From: an uncultured Candidatus Saccharibacteria bacterium
GTDB taxonomy: Bacteria; Patescibacteriota; Minisyncoccia; UBA6257; UBA9933
Assembly (NCBI GenBank): GCA_964642155.1
Contig: CAZXNT010000001.1
Location: forward strand, 83 to 64,082
DNA length: 64,000 nt
Direction of reading: 5' to 3'
The translations under genes were made by a program, and so were the position numbers. Every line of letters starts with the position of its first letter. Within the stretch, counting starts at the first letter, position 1. The notes under the pieces are model-generated. The model did no database searches, was not told where the DNA came from, and worked only from the letters and a program-made list of their open reading frames with translations. Shown piece after piece: positions 47,418 through 55,936 of the stretch.

Positions 47418-48875
47418 TTACACTATTGGCTCTTCCGACGGCAATGAAATTTCCGTGGAAGATTTATTTTCGACCTTTGAAATTGGAGCATCGGAGTTTC
47501 CGGCGGAGGACGGCTTTGTAGCCAATCCCTCTTCTTCCGCAATTTTTCTTTTTACTTCTTCAATTGACGAACAATAAATTTGACGATTGTATTCAATGAT
47601 TTTATCTTTATAAGACGGATGCGTTGGCGGTAAAATTTTTAAAGTTTCAGCGGAAAACGGGTCAGCAGTGCCGCCGTCAATGGTCATTTTAATGTAAAAT
47701 TCCTGCATTCCCAGATTTATCATGTCTTTTGCCTTGAAAACCGGCGTCATTTCTTTTTCAAAAACAAGCGCGTCATCGCCGCCAAGCCGAAAAATTACCA
47801 TTGTCGCCACATTGCCCAAAAAAGTCGCCATTATTTGCGGCTGAAGCTGAGCGCGATACTGATGCGCCACTATTAAAGCCAAGCCGTATTTTCTCGCCTC
47901 AGTAAGAATATTGATAAAAGTATCCGTTACCACGTTGTAAAATTCATCAACATAAAAATAAAAATCTTTTCTTTCTCTTTCTTTAATTGCCGACCTTGCC
48001 GTGCCGGCTTGATAAATTTTTGTCACAAACATTGAGCCAAAAAAACTGGAATTTTCTTCTCCTAATTTCCCTTTTGATAAATTTATAAGCAGAATTTTCT
48101 GCTCATTCATTATTTTTTCAAGGTCAACTTTATTTTCTTTTTGACCGAAGATATAACGCAATAATGGATTGGATAAAAACTGACCAAGTTTATTAACTAA
48201 GGGAATAATGGCTTCGGTGTCAAATTTTTCCGACCAATCGGCAAATTCAATCGCCCAAAATCTTTTAACCATTTCGTCTTGGATATATTCCACAACTTTT
48301 TGGCGATAATTTCTATCATTAAGCAATTTCAACATTCCATGCATAGTTGCGTCTGGATAATCAAGTAACGCCAAACAAGTAAATCTAAAAACGTGCTCCA
48401 ATCGCGGCGTCCAATTAGCGCCAAATTGTTTTTTTAAAACTTCAATTAACCCTTGCGTTACTTGATGTTTCATTTCCGGCTCCACATTTTGCAAAGGATT
48501 AAATGAAACCGGCCAATTTGTGTCAGACGGGTCAATTAAAACAACATCCTTTATTCTGTTTTCCGGAATAAAATTAAGAATATCTTCTATAATATCGCCG
48601 TGCGGGTCCATTAAACATAATCCATGGCCATAATTAATATCTTGCCTAATCATTAATTCAAGCATTTTTGACTTCCCCACTCCGGATTTCCCAATAATGT
48701 AGAAATGGCGTCTGCGGTCATTCCTTTTAATTCCAAAAACATATCTTTTGCTTTCAAATTCTGATTCGTAGTTGGTGCGACCGAAAAAACAAACCTCTTG
48801 AGGGTCAACTTGTCCGTAAATCGGCAAATCCGAAGGCGGCGATGCGTATTTAATTATTTTAACTTTATCTGTCAT
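47418..48875 (-). CDS. Soluble VirD4/TraD/TraG-like ATPase, paralog B
   Basis: Walker A GKSGVGKS, DPHGD, Walker B FYVDEFYNV, VAHQYRAQL. Confidence 0.6.
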   Translation of the reverse strand: MTDKVKIIKYASPPSDLPIYGQVDPQEVCFFGRTNYESEFESKRYVFGIKRNDRRRHFYIIGKSGVGKSKMLELMIRQDINYGHGLCLMDPHGDIIEDILNFIPENRIKDVVLIDPSDTNWPVSFNPLQNVEPEMKHQVTQGLIEVLKKQFGANWTPRLEHVFRFTCLALLDYPDATMHGMLKLLNDRNYRQKVVEYIQDEMVKRFWAIEFADWSEKFDTEAIIPLVNKLGQFLSNPLLRYIFGQKENKVDLEKIMNEQKILLINLSKGKLGEENSSFFGSMFVTKIYQAGTARSAIKERERKDFYFYVDEFYNVVTDTFINILTEARKYGLALIVAHQYRAQLQPQIMATFLGNVATMVIFRLGGDDALVFEKEMTPVFKAKDMINLGMQEFYIKMTIDGGTADPFSAETLKILPPTHPSYKDKIIEYNRQIYCSSIEEVKRKIAEEEGLATKPSSAGNSDAPISKVENKSSTEISLPSEEPIV

Positions 48876-48900
48876 TTACTTTTTATTATAGCACTTTACC

Positions 48901-50697
48901 TCAAACAACCTCCTGTTGATAGCATTGTTCGCAATACACAATTTCTTGTCTATCTGGGCTGTAAGTGGTTTCAAATTCATTGAGGCAGGGTTCTGTTCCG
49001 TGAGTATGGGTAATGGTGTTTTGATAGATATTGTTTTCTGATTTTTCTCCAGCGCATTGGCATTTTCTTTTCCATAATTTTAAAGGATTTCTCTGTTTGA
49101 TTCTCTGGTAATGGCGACAATTGGGGCACAATCTAGGTAAAGGAAGATTCATTTTACGGTAGAATTCCAGTTCCTGAGGAATGATTTTGAAGGCTTCTGT
49201 ACACTGCTCGTTGCAAGTTCCTTTATGCTGACATTCTATAATTTGATTAAAAATATCGTCTTTGACATCTTTAATATTGTCGGGTAATTGAGAATTTAAA
49301 ATTGAAAATTGAAAATTTCTAACCTCCGGGTCTTTCCAGTTATAGCCCTGTTCTATTGCCTGTTCTTTAGTCAGAGGGAAATATTCTTGAGCTATTGTTT
49401 CGTTATACGCAAACGGACTTAATTCCGGAGGAAAGAATTCACCGTATTTGTAAACTACTTGTCCTGAGCTTGTCGAAGGATGCCTTTTTGAGATATAGGG
49501 CATATCATTCATATGCTTGATAATTTTCGGCACCAATTTTTCGTATTCTTCTTTACTATATTGTTTATTCAAGATGCAGTATTGCTTGTTGCGAAGGCCG
49601 ATGCAGCCAAAGAGGTTAGAGGAATTGTGACAATTATAAGAGTAATAGACATCCTGTCCTCCCCATATAACAACACCAAACATTAATCGTGAAGCCTGAA
49701 CTCCTGTATCAATAACTTCATATAACATTTCTCCATTTACTCCAACGCCATAACCATCATAGCTATCTCGTAAATCCAACGCGTTCATAACAAATTTACA
49801 ATCCCTCACATTTCCCACAACATCAAAACAATTCAAGCAATTAAAACTATTGTTAACCGCATCACCTGTAATTTTTTGAGAATGTGAAATATTCGCCGAT
49901 TTTCTTAATGCTTTTAATTTTAATTCATTAAATTTATTTTTAATTTCTTTTAAAAATTTAAAATGACCTATATTAAATTGTTCCAATTTATTAAAATATT
50001 CTTCTTTTAAATAGGGTTCGTTAAAAATATGGTATTGCTTATTTCTCAAACCCACTGATCCAAAAACATTTGAACAGCCTTTGCAATCATAAATAAACGA
50101 ACAATTGTTGCAATTTTCGGAATCTTGAGCAAAAAAGGTTGAATATAATTTCGCGGAACTTATATCCTCATAACAAAGCTCACAATTAATAACCGCAAAA
50201 TTATCCGCTGAATCTTTTGATTGGTTACATCTGGATGAATACATTATATTCTCCCCATCCCACGACGCGGAAACTAAATAACCGTTTTTAAAATCTCCTA
50301 TATGATTGCAAAAATTGCTGTTTATTGATCTCCCGTTAAACAAAGCTGGCATTGGCACATGAAGCATTAAATCTTTAAATTGCTTTAAAAAAGTGTTTTT
50401 AAAATCCAATTCTATACCGAAATTCAAAGCGTCCCAATCATCAGACCACCAAATATCTCTATTATAAACCACAATTCCAGATTGTGGAGAAAAACATGAA
50501 ATAAGATCTTTTCCTGTTTTAGCGCACTTATTCCTATAAAAACTTCTTTCGTTTCTATATGTAAATCTCCTCTGTATCCTGCACTCCGGACAAAAAGTCG
50601 GCGGAGGAACCTTTATTTTGGCGTAGAATTCAAAATCTTCGAACTCAATTGTAAAATCATTTTTACAGTTTTGGCATTTTTTTATTTCTTGATTCAT
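48901..50697 (-). CDS. Large Cys-rich protein, paralog 2
   Basis: Same architecture as paralog 1. The C-terminal ~200 aa is ~90% identical to paralog 1. Confidence 0.6.
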   Translation of the reverse strand: MNQEIKKCQNCKNDFTIEFEDFEFYAKIKVPPPTFCPECRIQRRFTYRNERSFYRNKCAKTGKDLISCFSPQSGIVVYNRDIWWSDDWDALNFGIELDFKNTFLKQFKDLMLHVPMPALFNGRSINSNFCNHIGDFKNGYLVSASWDGENIMYSSRCNQSKDSADNFAVINCELCYEDISSAKLYSTFFAQDSENCNNCSFIYDCKGCSNVFGSVGLRNKQYHIFNEPYLKEEYFNKLEQFNIGHFKFLKEIKNKFNELKLKALRKSANISHSQKITGDAVNNSFNCLNCFDVVGNVRDCKFVMNALDLRDSYDGYGVGVNGEMLYEVIDTGVQASRLMFGVVIWGGQDVYYSYNCHNSSNLFGCIGLRNKQYCILNKQYSKEEYEKLVPKIIKHMNDMPYISKRHPSTSSGQVVYKYGEFFPPELSPFAYNETIAQEYFPLTKEQAIEQGYNWKDPEVRNFQFSILNSQLPDNIKDVKDDIFNQIIECQHKGTCNEQCTEAFKIIPQELEFYRKMNLPLPRLCPNCRHYQRIKQRNPLKLWKRKCQCAGEKSENNIYQNTITHTHGTEPCLNEFETTYSPDRQEIVYCEQCYQQEVV

Positions 50698-50721
50698 AAT
50701 TTTTTATTCATAATCCATAAA

Positions 50722-52371
50722 TTATACCACTTCTCTTAAATAACACTCTTCACAAACAATTTTTTTATATCCCCATTCTTTTGGATAATAGGAAACAATA
50801 TTTTTTTGACAAAACGCGCATTTGGCCTCAACCGGATTGATGCAGAACAAATTTTTTATTCTGCTTTTGGTGCGCACATCAGGATAGTGATGAGGCAAGG
50901 GAATGGAATGTTTTTTGTAAAATTCAACTTCTTCCCGCCTTAAATTAAACGGTCTGCCTGTTTCTTCGCACAAAAAAACCCTACCAGCCATTTCATCACC
51001 CACAGTGCTTATATCATCTATAAATGGATTTATGGTTAAGTTAGAAACATCAGCATCTTCAAGCTCTTCCCAATTTCCTTCCGATTTAACAACTTCTTCT
51101 TTTACCTTGGGGAAAAATATTCCGGCTAAAGAAAGATTATATCCTCCGTGCGCCATTTTATAAGGAAAAAATTCGCCATAAGAACCATCATTTTCCATCG
51201 CCTGCTTGATTTTAGCCACCAAATCATAATAATCTTCTTTGGAATACTGCTTATTTAAAATGGAATAGCTTTTATTTTTCAACCCAACGCACCCGAAACA
51301 ATTTTCGCACCCGACACAGGAATCAAGATATTCACTGTCACGGCAATTTATACAATAATTAGAGTGCTTCATATTGTATATCTCAGTCATTTGATTTACG
51401 TCATACGCCAATTCTCCTTTATAAACCCCAGTCGAGTCATTTACGTCCTTATTCATCGCTCCTCTGAAATAATAAGAACAATCCTCCGATTTTTCCAAAA
51501 AATAAGAATTTTTACATTTTTTACACTCGCTTAAATAATTACCGCTTGAATTAACGGTTTTGGTATTGAAATTATTTTTATGAACCGCTTCTTCCTTAAT
51601 TTTTTTCTCAAAAGTTTTCTTTAAAAATTGAATCGTATTCCAAGAATTTAAATTATATTCCTTCAATTTCTGAAAATATTCTTCCTTGGAATACGGCTGG
51701 TTTAAAATATAATATTCTTTATTGCGCAAATTCCAACACATAAAGCAATTTCTCATGTTGTGGCAGTCATACAAAAACGAGGCGTCAAAACTGTCTCGCG
51801 TATCAAAAGCGTATTTTACATTATAAAGCTTAAAACAATAGGAGCAGTCGTAGGATAGTTCAGAATCATAACAATAAGTTAGATCATATGAATCGCGACA
51901 ATTTAAGGTTCTGTATGAATATAAAAGATTTTCGCAATTTGCCAAAGACCGACAAAGATAGCAATTTTTTGAATCCCACACATCATCGCAATAATCGCAA
52001 TTTTGATTATTAGAGCCGAATTGGTGCGGTTTGGGCGCTTTTGTTTGCAATTCATAAAGCTGGTCAAAAAAAGTTTTGGAAAAGTCGTATTCTAAAAAAG
52101 GCGGTTCCCAAGCATCCGAATACCAATGACTCGATTTATATACCGGAAAGTGCACGTTTGACGGAAAAATAGAAATTATGCTTTCTCCGCTCAAATCGCA
52201 TTTTCTTTTGTTAAATTTGGCAAACGGCCAAAAAGCCAGCCGTTTTTGTTGACGACAACTTGAACACATTCTCGGCGCCGGGACTTTTATTTTAGCGTAA
52301 AACTCAAAATCCTCCGGCTCAATGGTAAACTGGTTTTTACAGTTTTGGCACTGTTTGGTTTCGGAAATCAT
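50722..52371 (-). CDS. Large Cys-rich protein, paralog 3 (more divergent)
   Basis: N-terminal CQNCKNQFTIEPEDFEFYAKIKVPAPRMCSSCRQQKR, internal duplicated modules, and a C-terminal Cys ribbon. Confidence 0.55.
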   Translation of the reverse strand: MISETKQCQNCKNQFTIEPEDFEFYAKIKVPAPRMCSSCRQQKRLAFWPFAKFNKRKCDLSGESIISIFPSNVHFPVYKSSHWYSDAWEPPFLEYDFSKTFFDQLYELQTKAPKPHQFGSNNQNCDYCDDVWDSKNCYLCRSLANCENLLYSYRTLNCRDSYDLTYCYDSELSYDCSYCFKLYNVKYAFDTRDSFDASFLYDCHNMRNCFMCWNLRNKEYYILNQPYSKEEYFQKLKEYNLNSWNTIQFLKKTFEKKIKEEAVHKNNFNTKTVNSSGNYLSECKKCKNSYFLEKSEDCSYYFRGAMNKDVNDSTGVYKGELAYDVNQMTEIYNMKHSNYCINCRDSEYLDSCVGCENCFGCVGLKNKSYSILNKQYSKEDYYDLVAKIKQAMENDGSYGEFFPYKMAHGGYNLSLAGIFFPKVKEEVVKSEGNWEELEDADVSNLTINPFIDDISTVGDEMAGRVFLCEETGRPFNLRREEVEFYKKHSIPLPHHYPDVRTKSRIKNLFCINPVEAKCAFCQKNIVSYYPKEWGYKKIVCEECYLREVV

Positions 52372-52880
52372 ATCAATTCCAATTCAATATTTAAAAGTTC
52401 TTCCATTGTTTTATGATAAATTTCGATTATTCTTTTAGCTTCTCCTATCGGCAAATGAAAATCGGCTTCGTGGGCAAGCCTATTCCTAACTTTATGCGCT
52501 TCCCATAATTCATTTATGTTTTTAAATTCGCTCGGATGAATTGATTTTAATCGCTCTCCCATATCTTGGCCCGGATGGCCGTGTTCTTTTAAAATTTCGT
52601 CAACCAAACTGTCGGCTTCAATAATCGCCAAACGCAAATCGCGCTCATCGCCGGATTTTATTCTTTCTAATAATTTACTCCATTTTTTATGAATTAATTC
52701 TCTATGCTTGATTATCTGCCTATATTTACCGTCAGTTACTTTCAAACCCTTAAGAAGATTAAGAGTTTCCGAAGGATTCAATTTTTGCCTGAATGCCGAA
52801 GATTTTACCATCAGCCAAATAATGGCGATGACTAACGCCAGTATTAGAATAATTAAAATAATTTGCAAAGTTAATATCAT
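52368..52880 (-). CDS. Membrane-anchored protein with C-terminal HEPN-like Rx4H motif (RNRLAHE)
   Basis: N-terminal TM helix; C-terminal ELWEAHKVRNRLAHEADFHLPIGEAKRIIEIYH (R-x4-H in a helix). Confidence 0.4.
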   Translation of the reverse strand: MILTLQIILIILILALVIAIIWLMVKSSAFRQKLNPSETLNLLKGLKVTDGKYRQIIKHRELIHKKWSKLLERIKSGDERDLRLAIIEADSLVDEILKEHGHPGQDMGERLKSIHPSEFKNINELWEAHKVRNRLAHEADFHLPIGEAKRIIEIYHKTMEELLNIELELI

Positions 52881-52885
52881 AAAAT

Positions 52886-54232
52886 TTACTCTTCTTCAAA
52901 TATCGGTAAACCCGCCGGCGGACCCATTTTCTTGCTTTCTGTCCGTTCAATATGCGGAGATGTCAAAACTTGTTCAGCCGGGATATGATAAATAGTCGCG
53001 AGTTCAGAAGTGACAAAAATTGAAGTTTTTGATTTATTATTAAAATCAAAAATATACGATGTCATAAATCTGCCAAAGAACAATTTTTCCGGAAATAATC
53101 TATTCTTGAAATTATATAATAATCGTTGTTTTCTCGCTTCAACTCTTTGGTCAATAAAAACATGAGGAGAATAAATCCATCTTGATCTAGTCTCAACCAA
53201 GGGATTATTCTTAAAAAAATTTAAAGAAGAAGCATATTGGTTAAAAGCGCCCAAAATGCCCTTTCTCGCAAAATTTGTATTATAAATAGAATTTGGAGCA
53301 ATATAAAGAAAACGAATTAAGCTTTCAAAACCGTGCTTGGAAAGTTTATTTTCAATTTCTTTCATGGCTTCGTAGTCGCTGATATTTGCCGGCTCTTTTT
53401 TTGCCGGTTCTTTCGGTTCAGACCAAACGGGATATTCCGTCGGCGCCCATAAAAAATTTTTCGCCCATTCATATATAATTTGATTAAACCCTCCTTTTTT
53501 CCCTTCTTCTTTGCCGAGTTTTTTATTTACAAAATCTCTTCCCTCATTTTTCCAATCATCATTAAGCGGAGCGATTAAAATTTGGATAAAAACGTTTTCT
53601 TCTTTATGAATCCCAGCCAAAACTTCAATGAGTGCTGAGAGAGGATCAACTATTACTTGTTTTTGGTCATCAAGTTTTGCAGGTTGATTAAAAAAATGGT
53701 CGTAAGTAATAATAGGATAAAAATCCTGTTTGCCTAAATTAAACTCACTGCCAAAAATATTCTCATTACTCTCATAAAATTCTTTTGTAGAATTAGGTAA
53801 TTTGTTAAGATAATCTTCGGCCTCAATAATTTCAATATTGGGATATTGCGCGTGCATTCCCGCTTCAAACATTTTTTGATTTTTTTTCGGCGTTCTGATA
53901 TAAAAATGGATTTTGCCGCCAAGACTCGCTATTTCCAGACTCCACCATAAAGTCACCTCGCCATCAGTATATTTTTCTAAAAAATTTCCGGGTTCATTCT
54001 TTAAGCTATGCAAATTTATAAAAAATTGCTCCATTGCCTTCGGCGTTTTCAAAACTTCACGAGGAATTTTTAATTCCAAAACCGCCCATTTAATAGTTTT
54101 TTTATAGAGTGACTGCTTATAAAAAAGCCATGCCTGCTCAAATATTTTAAAAAGCGCTATTACCAACGCTAAAAGTCCCAATAAGAATAAAATTGAGTAA
54201 ATTAAAGATTGATTTGACTCAAAAAAAGCCAT
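52886..54232 (-). CDS. Hypothetical membrane-anchored protein (448 aa)
   Basis: N-terminal TM helix; no recognised domain. Confidence 0.4.
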   Translation of the reverse strand: MAFFESNQSLIYSILFLLGLLALVIALFKIFEQAWLFYKQSLYKKTIKWAVLELKIPREVLKTPKAMEQFFINLHSLKNEPGNFLEKYTDGEVTLWWSLEIASLGGKIHFYIRTPKKNQKMFEAGMHAQYPNIEIIEAEDYLNKLPNSTKEFYESNENIFGSEFNLGKQDFYPIITYDHFFNQPAKLDDQKQVIVDPLSALIEVLAGIHKEENVFIQILIAPLNDDWKNEGRDFVNKKLGKEEGKKGGFNQIIYEWAKNFLWAPTEYPVWSEPKEPAKKEPANISDYEAMKEIENKLSKHGFESLIRFLYIAPNSIYNTNFARKGILGAFNQYASSLNFFKNNPLVETRSRWIYSPHVFIDQRVEARKQRLLYNFKNRLFPEKLFFGRFMTSYIFDFNNKSKTSIFVTSELATIYHIPAEQVLTSPHIERTESKKMGPPAGLPIFEEE

Positions 54233-55261
54233 TTATTTAACACTATATTTGCCGTCCGGCATTCTTTTAAAATGCCTTCTGTTTTGGAGATTGAGCAAAA
54301 TAGTATTGTCTTTAAGGAACCTTTCCTGCTTTACCAAATCAACAACTTCTTCTTTATGAAGCGGCCCCTTTGTTTTCAAAATCCGCATAATAACGTCTTT
54401 GGCGATACCCGGTTTCAAACCGAATTCCGAAAGCCCGTACATGCCCCGTCCAACCAAAACAAAACGCGGGTCTTTTATCAATTCATTATGAATGGTTTGA
54501 TAAAGGGCGTGGCGCTTATTAAGTTTAAGTTCGTTTATTTTTTTCGCGATTTCTTTGAAATGCAACGGAGCGCTGTGCTTTTTTAAAATCAAATAAGCTC
54601 TCGCCCGGGCGGTTTTGGGAGTTATTTCTTCCCAATGCGTCAAACCAAAATCGCCAAAAGGACTCACTCCGAATTTTTTTGAAATTGAAGCGTAATTCAA
54701 AGCGATAAAATCTTTAACATTATGGGATTTGACGACTTGCGCAAAAAGTTCATCAAATTTTTTATGAGTGATAAGTTCTTCTTTTTTATCGGCAATAAAT
54801 TTTTCGAGCTTATTAATAAAATCAACGGCAAGCTTCTGTGATTCCTTATTTAAATACCAAAAGCTGTAAAAATTCTTTTCTTCAATTTGATGAAGAGGAG
54901 TTTTAAAAACTTCAAAAATAAATTTTAATTGTTCGCCGGTGATTGTGTTAGTTTTAAATAATCCCCTTAATTCATTAAGAAAAACATTTTCTCTCATCAC
55001 GCCGCCGACTTTTTTAAGGTGGTTGATAGCATCTTCAATTATTCTGCCGGCTGCCTGATTTTTTTTAAGTTTTTCGCTTATTGATTTCAAGCTGGCACTT
55101 TCAATTTGCCTCACCCTCTCGCGAGTTAAGCTGTATTTTTTGCCAACCGTAGCCAAAGTGCGCTTTTTGCCGTTCAAACCAAATCTTTGTTCAATAATAT
55201 CTTTTTGGCGCGGAGAAAGTCCAGAAATTAAATCGTTGATTATATTATTTATATTTTCCAT
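54233..55261 (-). CDS. Sigma-70 region-4-like HTH protein with ~250 aa C-terminal winged-helix-like extension
   Basis: LSPRQKDIIEQRFGL...KRTLATVGKKYSLTRERVRQIESASLKSI matches the sigma region 4 helix-turn-helix. Confidence 0.5.
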   Translation of the reverse strand: MENINNIINDLISGLSPRQKDIIEQRFGLNGKKRTLATVGKKYSLTRERVRQIESASLKSISEKLKKNQAAGRIIEDAINHLKKVGGVMRENVFLNELRGLFKTNTITGEQLKFIFEVFKTPLHQIEEKNFYSFWYLNKESQKLAVDFINKLEKFIADKKEELITHKKFDELFAQVVKSHNVKDFIALNYASISKKFGVSPFGDFGLTHWEEITPKTARARAYLILKKHSAPLHFKEIAKKINELKLNKRHALYQTIHNELIKDPRFVLVGRGMYGLSEFGLKPGIAKDVIMRILKTKGPLHKEEVVDLVKQERFLKDNTILLNLQNRRHFKRMPDGKYSVK

Positions 55262-55269
55262 TTTTATAT

Positions 55270-55299
55270 ATTATAAAGACAACACGGTTAATATGTCAA
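55270..55299 (-). promoter_or_regulatory. Consensus sigma70-type promoter (TTGACA-N18-TATAAT) driving a leaderless transcript for the 54233..55261 gene
   Basis: Minus-strand reading: GTTGACATATTAACCGTGTTGTCTTTATAATATATAAAA ATG. Only 8 nt separate the -10 hexamer from the ATG. Confidence 0.6.
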
Positions 55300-55342
55300 C
55301 CCCCCACATAAATTTATGTGAGGGTTAAGTGTTTTAACGATG

Positions 55343-55414
55343 TGGGCGCAAGAAGGATCGAACTTCTGACCTTTCCGATGTGAACGGAACGCTCTACCAC
55401 TGAGCTATGCGCCC
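55343..55414 (-). tRNA. tRNA-Val (anticodon CAC)
   Basis: Reverse complement GGGCGCATAGCTCAGTGGTAGAGCGTTCCGTTCACATCGGAAAGGTCAGAAGTTCGATCCTTCTTGCGCCCA; anticodon loop TTCACAT. Confidence 0.8.
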
Positions 55415-55490
55415 GATATTTTTAATTTAAAACAAAAAGACGCTCTTATCAAGCGTCTTCTTTATTCATAATTCATACTTCTTAATTCCA

Positions 55491-55859
55491 TTACTTCAAT
55501 TCCACCATTGCTCCTACCCCCTCTAGCTTTTTCTTAAGCTCTTCAGCTTCTTCTTTTTTAAGTCCGATTTTTACCGGCTTTGGAGCGCCTTCAACTAAAT
55601 CTTTGGATTCTTTTAAGCCAAGCCCGGTCGCTTCTTTAACGGCTTTAATAACGTTAATTTTTTGATCGCCGACTGATTTCAAAATAACATCAAAAGAAGT
55701 TTTTTCCGCCACTTCTTCACTTCCCGTCGCCACTCCTCCGCCAACAGCCATTGCGGAAGCTGAAACGCCGAATTTTTCTTCCAATGTTTTAACCAATTCC
55801 GCCAATTCAACAACCGTTAATTTTTCAATTTTTTCAATTATATCTTTAAATTTTTCCAT
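55491..55859 (-). CDS. rplL: 50S ribosomal protein L7/L12
   Basis: 122 aa; C-terminal domain [25 protein letters not shown]. Confidence 0.9.
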   Translation of the reverse strand: MEKFKDIIEKIEKLTVVELAELVKTLEEKFGVSASAMAVGGGVATGSEEVAEKTSFDVILKSVGDQKINVIKAVKEATGLGLKESKDLVEGAPKPVKIGLKKEEAEELKKKLEGVGAMVELK

Positions 55860-55936
55860 AAAATTTTAGCATCTTATTTATTTTCGACCATTTTGTCCTT
55901 CGGTTTAACTCAGGACAACCTCTTCGAGCCTGAGCC

